Positions 27,693-38,625 of a stretch of DNA of 43,905 nucleotides are shown here, in pieces (positions within the stretch are counted from its first letter, which is position 1; each line of letters begins with the position of its first letter). Under the pieces are notes generated by a model. It saw only the letters and a program-made list of their open reading frames with translations. It was not told the origin of the DNA and ran no database searches. Position numbers and translations under genes: made by a program. This stretch comes from Acidimicrobiia bacterium (GTDB lineage Bacteria; Actinomycetota; Acidimicrobiia; Spongiisociales; JAENVV01), in NCBI GenBank assembly GCA_041577335.1, contig JBFGJH010000022.1, forward strand, positions 1 to 43,905, in the 5' to 3' direction.

Positions 27693-29596
27693 CAGAAACC
27701 AGCCTCGACGGGATCGATGTCCTCACCGAGGAGGTGTTGAAAGATCTGGCGGGCGATGGGAGCGGCAACCCGGCCTCCCCCGCCGCCCTCTTCCACCACC
27801 ACGGCGACCGTGTAACGCGGGTTGCTCACCGGGGCCACACCCACGAACCACGCCGTGTCGAAGGTGTCCCGCTTGGTGGCTGTGCCAGTCTTGCCTCCTA
27901 CCTGGCGGCGCTGATCCATAGTCTCAAAAGCTCGGGCCGCCGTTCCATATTCGGCGTTGACGGTCAAGAACAGGTCTTCGGCGAACATCTCGTTGAATCC
28001 ATCCGAGAGTTCGACGGTGCGAAGCACCTGCGGGTTGACATCGGCGATGAGACGACCCTCAGTGTCGAGTATCCGGTCCACCACCGTTGGGCTCCAAACC
28101 GTCCCGCCATTGGCCAAGGCGCTATAGGCAACCGCCATCTGCAAGGGGGTGGCCGTCACCTCGCCCTGGCCGATTGCCACGTTCATGAGGTCACCACCCA
28201 CCCAGATGGGCCCGGGGTCGATCCGAGATGGGTCCAGTCGAAATGGGGCATCCTCCGCCCACTGCTGAAAGAGCTCACGGTCGGGGATCTGCCCGGCAGA
28301 TTCGAATGGGAGGTCGATTCCAGTTTTCTCGCCCAAACCCAGACGAGTAGCCCAGTCTTGGAGGAGGTCTTCATCTGCCGTGTTCTTGGTTTGGTTCCAG
28401 GCAGCCAGCGCAACTTCCCAGAAGTAGATGTTGCAGGAAGCGCCGAGGGCCACATGCAAGTCGACGATGCCGTGGCCGGGATCGGAGAACACCTTTTGCG
28501 ACCCTTCATCGAGCGAATTCGCCTGGAGGACGCCCGTGCACTCGAGAGACCCTTCCGGGCTGTCTGTATGGGCGCGAGTCGGCCAGAACCCTTCCTCGAC
28601 GGCGAAGGCGTACGTGATCCCCTTGAACGTGGATCCCGGGGGGTACAAGCCCTGAATCGCCAAGTTGTTGAAGGCTTGGCGGTCCTGCAGATCGGTGAAG
28701 TCGTCACTGCTGATGCCGGTGACAAACGACGTGGGATCGTAGGTCGGGATGCTGACCATGGCGAGAATCTCACCCGTCTGGGTGTCCATGACCACGACTG
28801 CGCCCCGTTCGGCCTTGCTGCCGCCGAGGTCACGAAGTGACATGGCGATGCCATCCGCCAGTGCCTTCTCGGCGACTCGCTGTAGGTCGGCGTCCATCGA
28901 GAGTTGCACGGCGTTGCCCTGCTCGGGGGCGATCTGTACCTGTCGCTCTTCGATGGCTCCCTCATCGTTGGTGGTGAAATACTCGCGGCCGGGTTTACCA
29001 CGCAGGAAGTCTTCATAGTGACCTTCAACGCCGACGCGGCCGATCTTGCTGTTGGGGTCGAGGCCCGGATCGACTTCCAGGTCGTCGGGCGAAACCGAGC
29101 CGATATACCCCAACACGTGCGCCATCAGCTCGCCACCGGGATAGGTCCGCCGGGTCACCAGCTCGATGGACACGCCGGAGGAGAACCGATCCTGGTTGGT
29201 GAGGACGAAGTACACCTGCTCGGGAGAGAGTGACGTTTCGAGCTCGAAACGGTTGCCCGATCCGGCTGCGGCAAACTGGTCCCGAATGTCAGCCGGCTCC
29301 ACCTCGAGCAGTCCGGCCAGTTCTTGCACGACGTCGTCTTCGATGTCAGAGGGAATGAAACGGCGATCGATCACCACTGCCGGCTCCGGTTCGGTGCCGG
29401 CGATGAGGGTCCCTTTGGCGTCGATGATGAATCCCCGCGACGGTCGAAGAGTCTCCGATCGGAGCTGATAGCCCTCCGCCTCCTGAGCGAACTCGGGACC
29501 TTCGGCGATCTGCACGAACCAAAGCCGTGTCATCAAGCTCCCGAGGAGAAGCGCGAACAGGAGCGCCAGCCAGGCAACCCGCAATTCCAGCTTCAT
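27692..29596 (-). CDS. mrdA: Penicillin-binding protein 2
   Basis: N-terminal TM, PSRG.I.D, STFK, SCN and KTG motifs. Confidence 0.95.
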   Translation of the reverse strand: MKLELRVAWLALLFALLLGSLMTRLWFVQIAEGPEFAQEAEGYQLRSETLRPSRGFIIDAKGTLIAGTEPEPAVVIDRRFIPSDIEDDVVQELAGLLEVEPADIRDQFAAAGSGNRFELETSLSPEQVYFVLTNQDRFSSGVSIELVTRRTYPGGELMAHVLGYIGSVSPDDLEVDPGLDPNSKIGRVGVEGHYEDFLRGKPGREYFTTNDEGAIEERQVQIAPEQGNAVQLSMDADLQRVAEKALADGIAMSLRDLGGSKAERGAVVVMDTQTGEILAMVSIPTYDPTSFVTGISSDDFTDLQDRQAFNNLAIQGLYPPGSTFKGITYAFAVEEGFWPTRAHTDSPEGSLECTGVLQANSLDEGSQKVFSDPGHGIVDLHVALGASCNIYFWEVALAAWNQTKNTADEDLLQDWATRLGLGEKTGIDLPFESAGQIPDRELFQQWAEDAPFRLDPSRIDPGPIWVGGDLMNVAIGQGEVTATPLQMAVAYSALANGGTVWSPTVVDRILDTEGRLIADVNPQVLRTVELSDGFNEMFAEDLFLTVNAEYGTAARAFETMDQRRQVGGKTGTATKRDTFDTAWFVGVAPVSNPRYTVAVVVEEGGGGGRVAAPIARQIFQHLLGEDIDPVEAGF

Positions 29597-30093
29597 ACCA
29601 ATCCTCGCTTTCGGGGTTGCACCAACCAGCGGAACGCCGGGGCCAACACGAGCGACAAGGCTCCGTTGTAGAGAGGTACCAATACGATGGTTCTCAGCAC
29701 GTTGACCTCAGTCAGGCTACCCAGGCTGAAGAGGGTACCGAAGACTGCGAACAACACGACACCCTCGAAGCTCAGGGCCACAACCGACAACACACTACTG
29801 ATGGGGTTTGGCTCCACCCGGTCGGATGTTCGCACGGCGGTGTACCCCACGAGCACGAAGACGAGCGCACGGAGCCCCATCGGGGTCGTGCCCAGGAGGT
29901 CGAGTGCCAAGCCGCCAGTGAAGCCAAGCAGCAACTCAGGGTCCGGGTCGAGCCATCGAGCCGCCAAAATGACCACCAGGAGCGGGGCATCGAAGATGAT
30001 GGAGAACTGCTCGAGCCGGGCGAAGAGCGTCGTTTGCAGAACAATTGCCATCGCCATCAACACCAGCGACCAGAGTATTGGCCGCGAGTTCAC
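29593..30093 (-). CDS. mreD: Rod shape-determining protein MreD
   Basis: Hydrophobic, GFTGGLALDLL; lies between mreC and mrdA with overlapping start/stop codons. Confidence 0.88.
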   Translation of the reverse strand: MNSRPILWSLVLMAMAIVLQTTLFARLEQFSIIFDAPLLVVILAARWLDPDPELLLGFTGGLALDLLGTTPMGLRALVFVLVGYTAVRTSDRVEPNPISSVLSVVALSFEGVVLFAVFGTLFSLGSLTEVNVLRTIVLVPLYNGALSLVLAPAFRWLVQPRKRGLV

Positions 30094-30977
30094 GAGTCGG
30101 ATTCCTCCGCAATGGTCGTGGTCGTCGTGTCCGGGGGGGCGGGATCCTCGGCAGGGACTTGTAGCACGATGACGAATCGAACCGCAGTCAAGTCGGCCAC
30201 CGGTGCCACCGACTGAGATTGGATGAGTGAGCCGTCGGGCCGCATTCGCTCGGTGGTCCGACCCACCTGCAAGCCACTGGGGATTCCGCGCTGGTTTCCT
30301 GAGGTCCGGAGGATCGTATCTGCCTCCACTGGCTCGCTGGCGTCCAGGATCATGAGATCCAGCCGATCAGGATCACCCGTGCCGGTCACGACCCCGAGGT
30401 CGCCGCCCTCAGTGAGGATCTCGACGCCGGTCGTGGGACCGATGACCGGAATCACGGTTGCGCTGTCGGGAAAGACGTTCTTGACGATGCCAACCAGCAG
30501 TTCGCTTTGGTTGAGAACGGGGTTGCCGGCGACGATTCCGTGGTTCGATCCCTTGTTGATCACAAAGCCGGTGTCGAAGGTTCCGGTCCCACCCCGGACC
30601 TCAGCAACCACAGAGGGAAACTCCGCTTGTTCGGTGAGATCGAGAAATTGTTGAAGAAGGAGATTGTCCTGGCGGAACTTCTCGATCTCCGCCTCGGCGG
30701 CGCGCAGTTCTTCGTTCTCGGCACGAAGCCGCTCGTTCTCCGCGCGTAGGCCGGCAAGATTGGCAATGCCGTCGATGACGTCGGCGATGGGATCGACAAC
30801 CGTGCCGGCTCCGTCTTGGAGCGGGGCCGCCAACGACTGCGCACCGGAACGAAGCGTGGCGGCGACGCCCTCGCCCTGCGACCGGATGTCGAACGTCATC
30901 AGCACGAACGACGCCACGATCAACACGATCAACGAGATATTCGGAGAGCGTCTCGGTCCCCCGCGTTCGGTAATCAC
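30090..30977 (-). CDS. mreC: Rod shape-determining protein MreC
   Basis: TM segment, coiled coil (LRAENERLRAENEEL), INKGSNHGI, TSG..IPSGL.VG. Confidence 0.92.
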   Translation of the reverse strand: MITERGGPRRSPNISLIVLIVASFVLMTFDIRSQGEGVAATLRSGAQSLAAPLQDGAGTVVDPIADVIDGIANLAGLRAENERLRAENEELRAAEAEIEKFRQDNLLLQQFLDLTEQAEFPSVVAEVRGGTGTFDTGFVINKGSNHGIVAGNPVLNQSELLVGIVKNVFPDSATVIPVIGPTTGVEILTEGGDLGVVTGTGDPDRLDLMILDASEPVEADTILRTSGNQRGIPSGLQVGRTTERMRPDGSLIQSQSVAPVADLTAVRFVIVLQVPAEDPAPPDTTTTTIAEESDS

Positions 30978-30999
30978 CAGCCCTGCGCTCCGGCTTCAC

Positions 31000-32031
31000 T
31001 CATGCGCGGCTGGACGAGACCAAAACCCCCTGCAGGACATCGAATTCTTCGAGGCACTTCCCCGATCCCATCACGACCGACTGCAACGGGCGGTCTGCTG
31101 TGACCATCGGCATGCCGGTCTCGTAGGCGAGGCGCTCATCGAGTCCACGCAACAAAGCTCCGCCACCGGTTATGACGATGCCTTGTTCCATGATGTCGGA
31201 TGCCAGTTCAGGTGGTGTCTTGTCGAGCGTGTATTTCACCGCGTCGACGATCGCGGCGACTGGCTCCTCGATGGCTTCCCTGATCTCCGGCGAGGACAGG
31301 ACGACAGTCTTGGGAAGGCCGGTCACGAGGTCGCGGCCCCGTACTTCGGCCGACGGCTCGTCGGCGTAGGGGTAGGCACTGCCGATGGCCATTTTCAGCT
31401 GTTCTGCAGTACGTTCGCCGAGAAGCAGGTTGTATTCCTTCTTGACCCATTCGATGATGGCCTCGTCGAGTTCGTCTCCGGCGACCCGGATCGAGCGAGC
31501 CACGACGATCCCGCCCAGCGAGATGACCGCAACCTCGGTGGTGCCACCCCCGACGTCGACGACCATGGACCCCGCCGGCTCATGGATGGGCAAGCCAGAG
31601 CCAATGGCGGCAGCCATCGGTTCCTCGATGGTGTACGCACGCCGGGCACCAGCGTGATAGGCCGCTTCCTCAACGGCCCGCCGTTCCACAGGCGTGATGC
31701 CAGAAGGCACACAAATGACGATACGGGGACGGGCCCACTTGCGGCGGTGCACCTTCTGAATGAAATACCTGAGCATCTTCTCGGTGATTTCGAAGTCGGC
31801 GATGACACCGTCGCGGAGCGGCCGGATCGCCCGGATATGCGATGGGGTCCTTCCGATCATGCGCTTGGCTTCCATACCCACCGCAAGAGCGCGCTGGTTG
31901 CGCATGTTGATCGCAACAACCGATGGCTCGTTGAGAACGACACCCCCGGCGCGCACATAGACCAAGGTGTTGGCAGTACCAAGGTCGATGGCCATGTCCT
32001 GGCCTGCGAATGCAAAAAGGGTTTCAGCCAC
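31000..32031 (-). CDS. mreB: Rod shape-determining protein MreB
   Basis: [51 protein letters not shown]; start is GTG 32031 or ATG 32043. Confidence 0.97.
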   Translation of the reverse strand: MAETLFAFAGQDMAIDLGTANTLVYVRAGGVVLNEPSVVAINMRNQRALAVGMEAKRMIGRTPSHIRAIRPLRDGVIADFEITEKMLRYFIQKVHRRKWARPRIVICVPSGITPVERRAVEEAAYHAGARRAYTIEEPMAAAIGSGLPIHEPAGSMVVDVGGGTTEVAVISLGGIVVARSIRVAGDELDEAIIEWVKKEYNLLLGERTAEQLKMAIGSAYPYADEPSAEVRGRDLVTGLPKTVVLSSPEIREAIEEPVAAIVDAVKYTLDKTPPELASDIMEQGIVITGGGALLRGLDERLAYETGMPMVTADRPLQSVVMGSGKCLEEFDVLQGVLVSSSRA

Positions 32032-32095
32032 AGGGCCCCTCATTCCGAGTGCCGCGAGCATAGTGGACGCCGGCACTGTCCGGTCAATTGGGTCC

Positions 32096-32500
32096 TCACC
32101 CGAAGAAGATCCCGAGTTCCCGCGCAGCACTGTCAGGTGAGTCGCTGCCATGCACGATGTTCTCACCGATTTCGAGGCCAAAGTCGCCGCGTATGGTCCC
32201 TGGCAGCGCCTCGATCGGGTTCGTTGTGCCCATGAGGGCCCGACCAACGGCCACGGCATCAGGGCCTGACCATTCCATCGCCACCACCGGGCCAGAAGTG
32301 ATGAAATCCACGAGATCGGCATAGAAGGCCTTGCCGACGTGCTCTCCGTAGTGTTCGGAGGCCATATCCTCGGTGATGGTCAACATCCGCATCCGATTGA
32401 GTTCGAGGCCCTTGGCCTCGAAGCGGCCGATGACTTCGCCCACCAGGCCGCGGGCGACTCCGTCAGGCTTGACCATGATGAAGGTGTGTTCGTTAGGCAT
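32096..32500 (-). CDS. ndk: Nucleoside diphosphate kinase
   Basis: [32 protein letters not shown]. Confidence 0.98.
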   Translation of the reverse strand: MPNEHTFIMVKPDGVARGLVGEVIGRFEAKGLELNRMRMLTITEDMASEHYGEHVGKAFYADLVDFITSGPVVAMEWSGPDAVAVGRALMGTTNPIEALPGTIRGDFGLEIGENIVHGSDSPDSAARELGIFFG

Positions 32501-32527
32501 GGGACGGCATGGTAGTGGCCCCAGGAA

Positions 32528-33826
32528 CTAGCTTCTCAAAGAGGCGCGGATGGCGCCCACCAGGTAAAGGGATCCTGTGACGAGGACGGCGCCATCATCC
32601 AACGTCGAGTCGATTGCAGTGTCGATAGCTGCCTCCGGACTGGGCTGATCGGAGACCGGGATGTCCAGCGTTCCTGCGACGAGCTCGCGCAGTCGCCCTG
32701 CGTCGATCGCCCGCTCGTCGCTCACCTGCGTCGTGACGATGCGAGCGGCAATCGGTTCGAGTTGGGCGATCATGGTGGCAACATCTTTGTCTTCCATGGC
32801 TCCCAGTACGACGGTCCACGACTTCGTGCCAAACTCGGCCTCGAGCGTCGAGACCAACGTGTCGATCCCTTCGGGGTTGTGAGCGCCGTCGATCACGACC
32901 AGCGGCTGGTGGCCAACGACCTCCAAACGACCAGGGACGGTCACCTCGCTGAGGCCTTGCCGCAACCCGTCGTCGGAGAGGGGACGGCCGAAGAGCTCCT
33001 CGGTGGCCGCCACCGCCACCGCCAGATTGTCGACCTGATAGCGACCATGCAGCGGAACGAACAGGTCGTCGTAGTCGGCGTAGCCACCACGGATACCAGC
33101 GGTCCATCCTCCCACCGCCATCAGCGGTTCGATCGGCGAGAAGTCCACGCCATACTGCCGATGGGTGAGCCCCAAGGCAGCAGCGTGCGACTGGACAACG
33201 GCGAGTGCATCCGGCGACAGGTCGCCCGTGACCAACGATGAGCCTGGCTTGGCGATAGCCACCTTTTCGCGGGCGATCTCGGCAATCGTATCGCCCAAGT
33301 ACTCCGTGTGCTCCAGGGAGACCCCGGTGACGACCGCCACTTTGCCGTCCGCCACGTTGGTGGCGTCGAGCCTTCCCCCCAGTCCGGTCTCCACGACTGC
33401 GACGTCGACGGCGTTGGATGCGAAATACGACAAGGCGAGGATCGTCGTCAACTCGAAGTATGTGGGATGGTCGCCGGATTGGGTTCGGTAAAGCTCAACG
33501 AACGGCTGAATGTCCGCAACAGCTTCAGCGAAAGCCCACTCGGCGGCCACCTCGTTGTCGAGTTCGAGCCGTTCTTCGACCCGATCGAGGTGGGGCGAGG
33601 TTGTCAGCCCCACGCGCAGCCCGTGTCCGGTGAGGATGGCAGAGGCGATCCTCGCCGTCGACGTCTTCCCATTCGTGCCGGCAACGTGGATGATCGGGTA
33701 TGAATGTTGGGGATTGCCCATCAGTTCGAGAATCGCGGTGATCCGTTCCAGGCCCGGTCGAATGCCGTAGCCGATGTGATGGTCGACGTACGCAACGGCA
33801 TCGGAATACGTCTCGATGAGTTTCAT
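32528..33826 (-). CDS. folC: Folylpolyglutamate synthase/dihydrofolate synthase
   Basis: HVAGTNGKTS, TSPHL, ETGLGGRLDATN, PGRLE, DGAHN, GSLYLVG. Confidence 0.96.
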   Translation of the reverse strand: MKLIETYSDAVAYVDHHIGYGIRPGLERITAILELMGNPQHSYPIIHVAGTNGKTSTARIASAILTGHGLRVGLTTSPHLDRVEERLELDNEVAAEWAFAEAVADIQPFVELYRTQSGDHPTYFELTTILALSYFASNAVDVAVVETGLGGRLDATNVADGKVAVVTGVSLEHTEYLGDTIAEIAREKVAIAKPGSSLVTGDLSPDALAVVQSHAAALGLTHRQYGVDFSPIEPLMAVGGWTAGIRGGYADYDDLFVPLHGRYQVDNLAVAVAATEELFGRPLSDDGLRQGLSEVTVPGRLEVVGHQPLVVIDGAHNPEGIDTLVSTLEAEFGTKSWTVVLGAMEDKDVATMIAQLEPIAARIVTTQVSDERAIDAGRLRELVAGTLDIPVSDQPSPEAAIDTAIDSTLDDGAVLVTGSLYLVGAIRASLRS

Positions 33827-33868
33827 CGGCGGTCCGGCTCTGATCCCGGCTGGCTCAGTGACAACTGC

Positions 33869-36451
33869 CTACGCCCCTAGCTCGCCGAGTTGCCGCTCCA
33901 ACTTTGCGATCGCTTCTTCAGCCTCGGCGGCCTTCATGCGCTCTTTCTCAACGACCTCCTGGGGGGCCTGATCGGTGAAGGATGCATTGCCCAGCTTGCC
34001 CTTCGACTTCGCCAGAGTTGCGTGATGGGCGTCAAGAGCTTTCTGGATCCGGGCGGCTTCGGCATCGACATCGATGAGTCCTGCGAGGCGGATGAATCCC
34101 TGGAGGTTGCCGGACATGAGGCGCGTATAGCCGGATCCGCGTTCCTCGCCCGCCGCCAAGGTGACGGCCGCCAAGGCTTCCAGCTGTTCGTGCCACCAGT
34201 CGGCAACCACCGCGTCCGGGTCGACGATTTCGACCGTGAGCGGTTGGCGCGGCGAGATTCCGTGTGTCGAGCGGAACTGGCGCACGCCGGTCACGAGGCC
34301 TTGCAGGATCTCAACGTGACCCGGAAAAGCAACCGCGGGTGGCTGCGGCCAAGCGGCGCCGGCCAGGAGCCCATCTCCGACGAGCTCCGACCAGAGTTCC
34401 TCGGTCAGGAACGGTATCGCCGGGTGGAACAGTTTCAGCACGTCGCGAAGCACGGCACCAAGCGTCTGCTTGGTCTCGGCTACGTAGCGCGGATCGCGGA
34501 GCAGCGGCTTGGACATCTCGACATACCAATCGAAGAGCTCCGACCACGTGAAGTTGTAGAGCAGCCCGAATGCGTCCGAGAATCGATAACTGTCACACAG
34601 TTCGTCGAAACGATGAGTCATATCGGACAGGCGCGCGAGAATCCACGCATTGGCGCCCTCAGGAGCAGTCGGGTAGCCGCCGTCGGGAGGCACCGCTCCA
34701 TCGAGGTTCGACAACCCAAAGCGAAGGCCGTTCCAGAGCTTGTTTCCGAACCGGCGAGCTGCGATGACCCACTCCATGTCGAGTGGGACGTCCTGGCCGG
34801 GCGAAGCCGCCTGGAGCAGGGCGAGTCGCAACGGGTCGACACCGTGCTCGTCGGCGACGTCGAGCGGGTCGATCGAGTTACCGATCGACTTCGACATCTT
34901 GCGGCCTTCGGCGTCCCTGACGAGGCCGGTTATGGCGAGGTCGGTGAACGGGGCCTCGCCCATGAAATGGATGCCCATCTGCATCATCCGGGCGACCCAG
35001 AAGTAGATGATGTCGAACCCGGTCACGAGCACCGAGTTGGGATAGAACGTGGCAAGGTCGGCAGTTTGCTCGGGCCAGCCAAGCGTCGAAAACGGCCACA
35101 GGGCCGACGAAAACCAGGTGTCGAGCACGTCCTCGTCTTGATGCACGGCGCCGCCGCACTCCGCGCATGATTCGGGGTCTTCGCGAGCAACGATCACGGC
35201 GCCACAGTCGCAGTACCAGGCAGGGATCCGATGGCCCCACCAGATCTGGCGGCTGATGCACCAGTCCCGAAGGTTCTCCATCCAATGGAAATAGCTGTTC
35301 TCCCAGCGACGCGGCACGAAAGTCGTCGCGCCATCCTTCACCGCCTGGATGGCAGGTTCCGTGAGCGGCTTCACCTTCACGAACCACTGCAACGACAAAT
35401 AGGGCTCGACGACGGTGCGACAGCGATAGCAGTGGCCAACCGAGTGCTCGTGCTCCTCAACCGTCTCGAGTGCTCCTGCGGCAGCCAACGCCTCTTTGAC
35501 GGCGATGCGAGCCTCAAAACGGTTCAGCCCATCGAACGGGCCTGCGGCGGTGATCACTGCTCCCTCGTCCATGATCGTGACGGCCTCCAGACCGTGGCGG
35601 GCGCCCATCTCAAAGTCGTTCGGGTCGTGAGCAGGGGTGACCTTGACGGCACCTGTGCCGAATTCCGGGTCGACGAACTCGTCGGCGACGACGGGGATTT
35701 CCCGACCCACCAGGGGAAGTAGCAGCGTCTTTCCCACGGAATCGATGTAGCGGGCGTCGTCCGGGTGGACGGCCACGCCGGTATCTCCCAACATCGTCTC
35801 GGCGCGGGTCGTGGCGACCGTGATGCCGCCCGATCCGTCCGCAAATGGATACGTGATCGATACGAGCTCTCCGATCTCGTCCTCGTACTCGACTTCGATG
35901 TCAGCCAGCGCCGTGTGACAACGGGGGCACCAGTTGATGATGCGGTTGCCGCGATAGATCAGGTCTTCTTCGTACAGCCGAACAAATACCTCTCTGACCG
36001 CCTTGGAGAGGCCTTCATCCATCGTAAAACGCTCGCGACCCCAGTCCACCGACGCCCCCATCCGGCGAATCTGCGTGTTGATGCGGTTGCCGTAGCGTCT
36101 TTTCCACTCCCAGACTTGGTCGACGAACGCTTGCCTGCCGATGTCGTGCCGGTCGATGCCTTCCACAGCCAGATCCCGCTCCACGACGTTCTGGGTGGCG
36201 ATACCGGCATGGTCGGTGCCCGGAACCCAGAGCGCTGCGAAACCCTGCATGCGTTTCCTCCGCACGAGCACATCCTGAATTGTCAGATTGAGGGCGTGAC
36301 CGATGTGTAGGGCACCCGTTACGTTCGGAGGAGGTATCACGATGCAGAACGGCTCGCCCCCGGGTCGGTATTCGGGAGCAAAAACACCGGCCTCCACCCA
36401 CGCCTCGTACCAGCGCTTTTCGATGGCAATCGGGTTGTACGTGGCCTCCAC
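33869..36451 (-). CDS. valS: Valine--tRNA ligase
   Basis: PPPNVTGALHIGH, DHAGIATQ, DWCISRQIWWGH, KMSKS, C-terminal coiled coil; GTG with AGGAG RBS. Confidence 0.98.
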   Translation of the reverse strand: MEATYNPIAIEKRWYEAWVEAGVFAPEYRPGGEPFCIVIPPPNVTGALHIGHALNLTIQDVLVRRKRMQGFAALWVPGTDHAGIATQNVVERDLAVEGIDRHDIGRQAFVDQVWEWKRRYGNRINTQIRRMGASVDWGRERFTMDEGLSKAVREVFVRLYEEDLIYRGNRIINWCPRCHTALADIEVEYEDEIGELVSITYPFADGSGGITVATTRAETMLGDTGVAVHPDDARYIDSVGKTLLLPLVGREIPVVADEFVDPEFGTGAVKVTPAHDPNDFEMGARHGLEAVTIMDEGAVITAAGPFDGLNRFEARIAVKEALAAAGALETVEEHEHSVGHCYRCRTVVEPYLSLQWFVKVKPLTEPAIQAVKDGATTFVPRRWENSYFHWMENLRDWCISRQIWWGHRIPAWYCDCGAVIVAREDPESCAECGGAVHQDEDVLDTWFSSALWPFSTLGWPEQTADLATFYPNSVLVTGFDIIYFWVARMMQMGIHFMGEAPFTDLAITGLVRDAEGRKMSKSIGNSIDPLDVADEHGVDPLRLALLQAASPGQDVPLDMEWVIAARRFGNKLWNGLRFGLSNLDGAVPPDGGYPTAPEGANAWILARLSDMTHRFDELCDSYRFSDAFGLLYNFTWSELFDWYVEMSKPLLRDPRYVAETKQTLGAVLRDVLKLFHPAIPFLTEELWSELVGDGLLAGAAWPQPPAVAFPGHVEILQGLVTGVRQFRSTHGISPRQPLTVEIVDPDAVVADWWHEQLEALAAVTLAAGEERGSGYTRLMSGNLQGFIRLAGLIDVDAEAARIQKALDAHHATLAKSKGKLGNASFTDQAPQEVVEKERMKAAEAEEAIAKLERQLGELGA

Positions 36452-36466
36452 GGCGCTCCTGTCACA

Positions 36467-36498
36467 AGTGGACCCCGGAGGTTACTCCGGGGTCCACT
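36467..36498 (-). terminator. Strong hairpin (terminator or stabiliser) between the surface-protein gene and valS
   Basis: Perfect 14-bp stem AGTGGACCCCGGAG-gtta-CTCCGGGGTCCACT; weak U tail. Confidence 0.7.
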
Positions 36499-36525
36499 GA
36501 TAGCCGATTCGATTGTTGAGCAGCG

Positions 36526-38601
36526 TCAGGCGAGGGCGGCGTCTTCGCCGAGTTCGCTTTCCTTTCCTCCACTCAAGAGCACGATGCCGACGCCCATCAT
36601 CATGAGAGAAAGGGCGAATGCCGCCCACCCCTCCTGCGTGAAGCCGGTATCGGGTAGCACCTGGATGCCCAACACCTGTGTATCCGGTGTTGCCGCAGCT
36701 GTCGGACCATCGGGCGTCTCGGTCACACTTGGCGTTTCCGGCTCCGTCGGCGTCTCGGGAGGCGTCTTCGGCTCAGGCTCTGGCACCTGCGTCTGCACGT
36801 CGACGAAGAACAACCCGGCGTCGATCGTCAGATCGACGTCGCCCAAGGCAAGGGCTACCTCATCGGTCGTACCAACCTGGAGGCCATCGACGTCGGTGAT
36901 GTCGACGACATCGCTGTCAAGGGCTCCATCGCTCCCCTGGAGGCCGTCAACGAACATGTAGTTCTCCGGGGCGGTGAACTGCACCTGGTAATCGCCGGCT
37001 CCGAGATTGGGGAACAAGTACAGGCCTTCGTCATTGGTGCTCGTGGTGCTGACAACTCCGCCATCCACGAGAAGCTCAACGACGACGCCGGCGACCGGAA
37101 GTTCATCCGCGTCCTGGACACCGTCGAGGTTCTGGTCGAGCCATACGTAGTCGCCGAGCGCACCCAGTGGTGGCTCACAGTCGGCCACGGTGAACGAACC
37201 GGACGCCTCACCTGCCAATTCGTATGGATCAACGGCCGTGGCGACCCACATGTGCTCACCTGGTCCAACCGAAACGGTGGTATCCGCATCGATCATCTGG
37301 CTGCCGCTCGGGCCGGTGAGCAGGATGGTTGCGCCGCCGGCCGGGTTTATCACGAAGTCCACGTCGGCTAGGGCTTCGGTGCCCGTCCACACGCATTCAC
37401 CAGGCGTGACCGCTACCTCAACCAGGGACGGGGGAACCTCACAATCCACGGCAACGACCGTGCCTGAGGAGCTCCCGGTGAGCTCGTAGCCGGGCTCGGC
37501 GATTGCGGCCCAGTCGTAGGTTCCCGGTGTCAGGCTGACCGTGCCGCCAGAGCCGGAGATCGATTCGCCATTGAGCGTGACGATGGCCCCACCTGCTGGG
37601 TCGATGTTGATCTCGACGTCGGTGATCGATGCCTGGCCGTCCCATGTGCACTCACCGGCGACAATGGCTACCGCCACCGGCTCGGCTTCGGGAGCGCAAT
37701 CGACCGCCACCACCGTGCCGGAAGAATCACCCACCAGCTCGTATCCGGGTCTTGCGGTCGCCGTCCAGTCATAGCTCCCCGGCCCGACGTCAACCGAGCC
37801 GTCGGACGTGAACGCCAGGCCCACCACCATCACCCTTGCTGCGCCGGCCGGATCGATGGACACGTTGATCGGGGTAAGCGACTGCTCGCCGTCCCATATG
37901 CACGCGCCCAGCATCACGACGACCGTCACGGGCTCAGGTTCTTCGCAGCCGCAGGGGCTGCAATCAGGCGCGACCACGGTCCCTGAGCTGGGGCCGGTCA
38001 ACTCATATCCGGGCATAGCAGTCGCGGCCCAGTCGTAGCTGCCCGGTGGAGCGTTGACCGAGCCGTCGGACGTGAAGTCCTGGCCCGCCACGCTGACCGT
38101 TGCGGCGCCTGCCGGAGCGATGGACACGTTGATCGGGGTCAGTGACTGCTCGCCATCCCACTCGCAATACCCCACCGTCACATTGACGGTCACGGGTTCT
38201 GGATCCGGATCCGTGAATGTCTCGCCGCAGCTCAGGTGGAACTCTCCACTAGCCCGGTAGCGGGTGATGAAGTACGAGGAGATCTGCCAATCCGGGTTGT
38301 CGACCGGGTTGGGGAACTCGCCGTTGCTGTTCCATCCATCGTCGAATGTGGCTGAGCAGGAAACGTGGAGAAACGCTCCTTCCACGTACGGGAACGGAGC
38401 GTTCATGGAGTTCAGTCCGATGGTGTCACCTGAATAGGTGATCCCGTTCTCGAATGTGAACGTGAACTCCGAATACGGTTGTCCGGAAGCCTGTGCTGAC
38501 GGAATGGTGAGTACGACTCCCGCCAGGACCATTCCCAGGACGAGAAACAGGACTCCGGCTTGTTGGCGCGGTTGGCGCCGTGGCGCCCGTGCGTGGTTCA
38601 T
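36526..38601 (-). CDS. Putative sortase-anchored surface protein/adhesin (signal peptide, four Cys-bracketed repeats, SdrD B-like domain, PT linker, LPDTG-TM)
   Basis: LGDYVWLDQNLDGVQDADE...DAG (SdrD_B-like); LPDTG followed by a hydrophobic segment; four repeats of about 85 aa, C.W.G...PG.Y.W.A.A.PGYEL.G..SG..VA.DC. Confidence 0.88.
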   Translation of the reverse strand: MNHARAPRRQPRQQAGVLFLVLGMVLAGVVLTIPSAQASGQPYSEFTFTFENGITYSGDTIGLNSMNAPFPYVEGAFLHVSCSATFDDGWNSNGEFPNPVDNPDWQISSYFITRYRASGEFHLSCGETFTDPDPEPVTVNVTVGYCEWDGEQSLTPINVSIAPAGAATVSVAGQDFTSDGSVNAPPGSYDWAATAMPGYELTGPSSGTVVAPDCSPCGCEEPEPVTVVVMLGACIWDGEQSLTPINVSIDPAGAARVMVVGLAFTSDGSVDVGPGSYDWTATARPGYELVGDSSGTVVAVDCAPEAEPVAVAIVAGECTWDGQASITDVEINIDPAGGAIVTLNGESISGSGGTVSLTPGTYDWAAIAEPGYELTGSSSGTVVAVDCEVPPSLVEVAVTPGECVWTGTEALADVDFVINPAGGATILLTGPSGSQMIDADTTVSVGPGEHMWVATAVDPYELAGEASGSFTVADCEPPLGALGDYVWLDQNLDGVQDADELPVAGVVVELLVDGGVVSTTSTNDEGLYLFPNLGAGDYQVQFTAPENYMFVDGLQGSDGALDSDVVDITDVDGLQVGTTDEVALALGDVDLTIDAGLFFVDVQTQVPEPEPKTPPETPTEPETPSVTETPDGPTAAATPDTQVLGIQVLPDTGFTQEGWAAFALSLMMMGVGIVLLSGGKESELGEDAALA

Positions 38602-38625
38602 TCTCTTCCGCCTTCCAGATCGTAT

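Noticed and set aside
32044..32322. Extended MreB N-terminus from the ORF track
   Set aside because: Overlaps ndk in another frame; MreB homology begins near 32031.
30664..35170. Long antisense ORFs (e.g. 30664..32235, 33890..35170; similar at 541..1677, 18516..19871, 24118..25401)
   Set aside because: Shadow frames of well-supported genes, expected in high-GC DNA.
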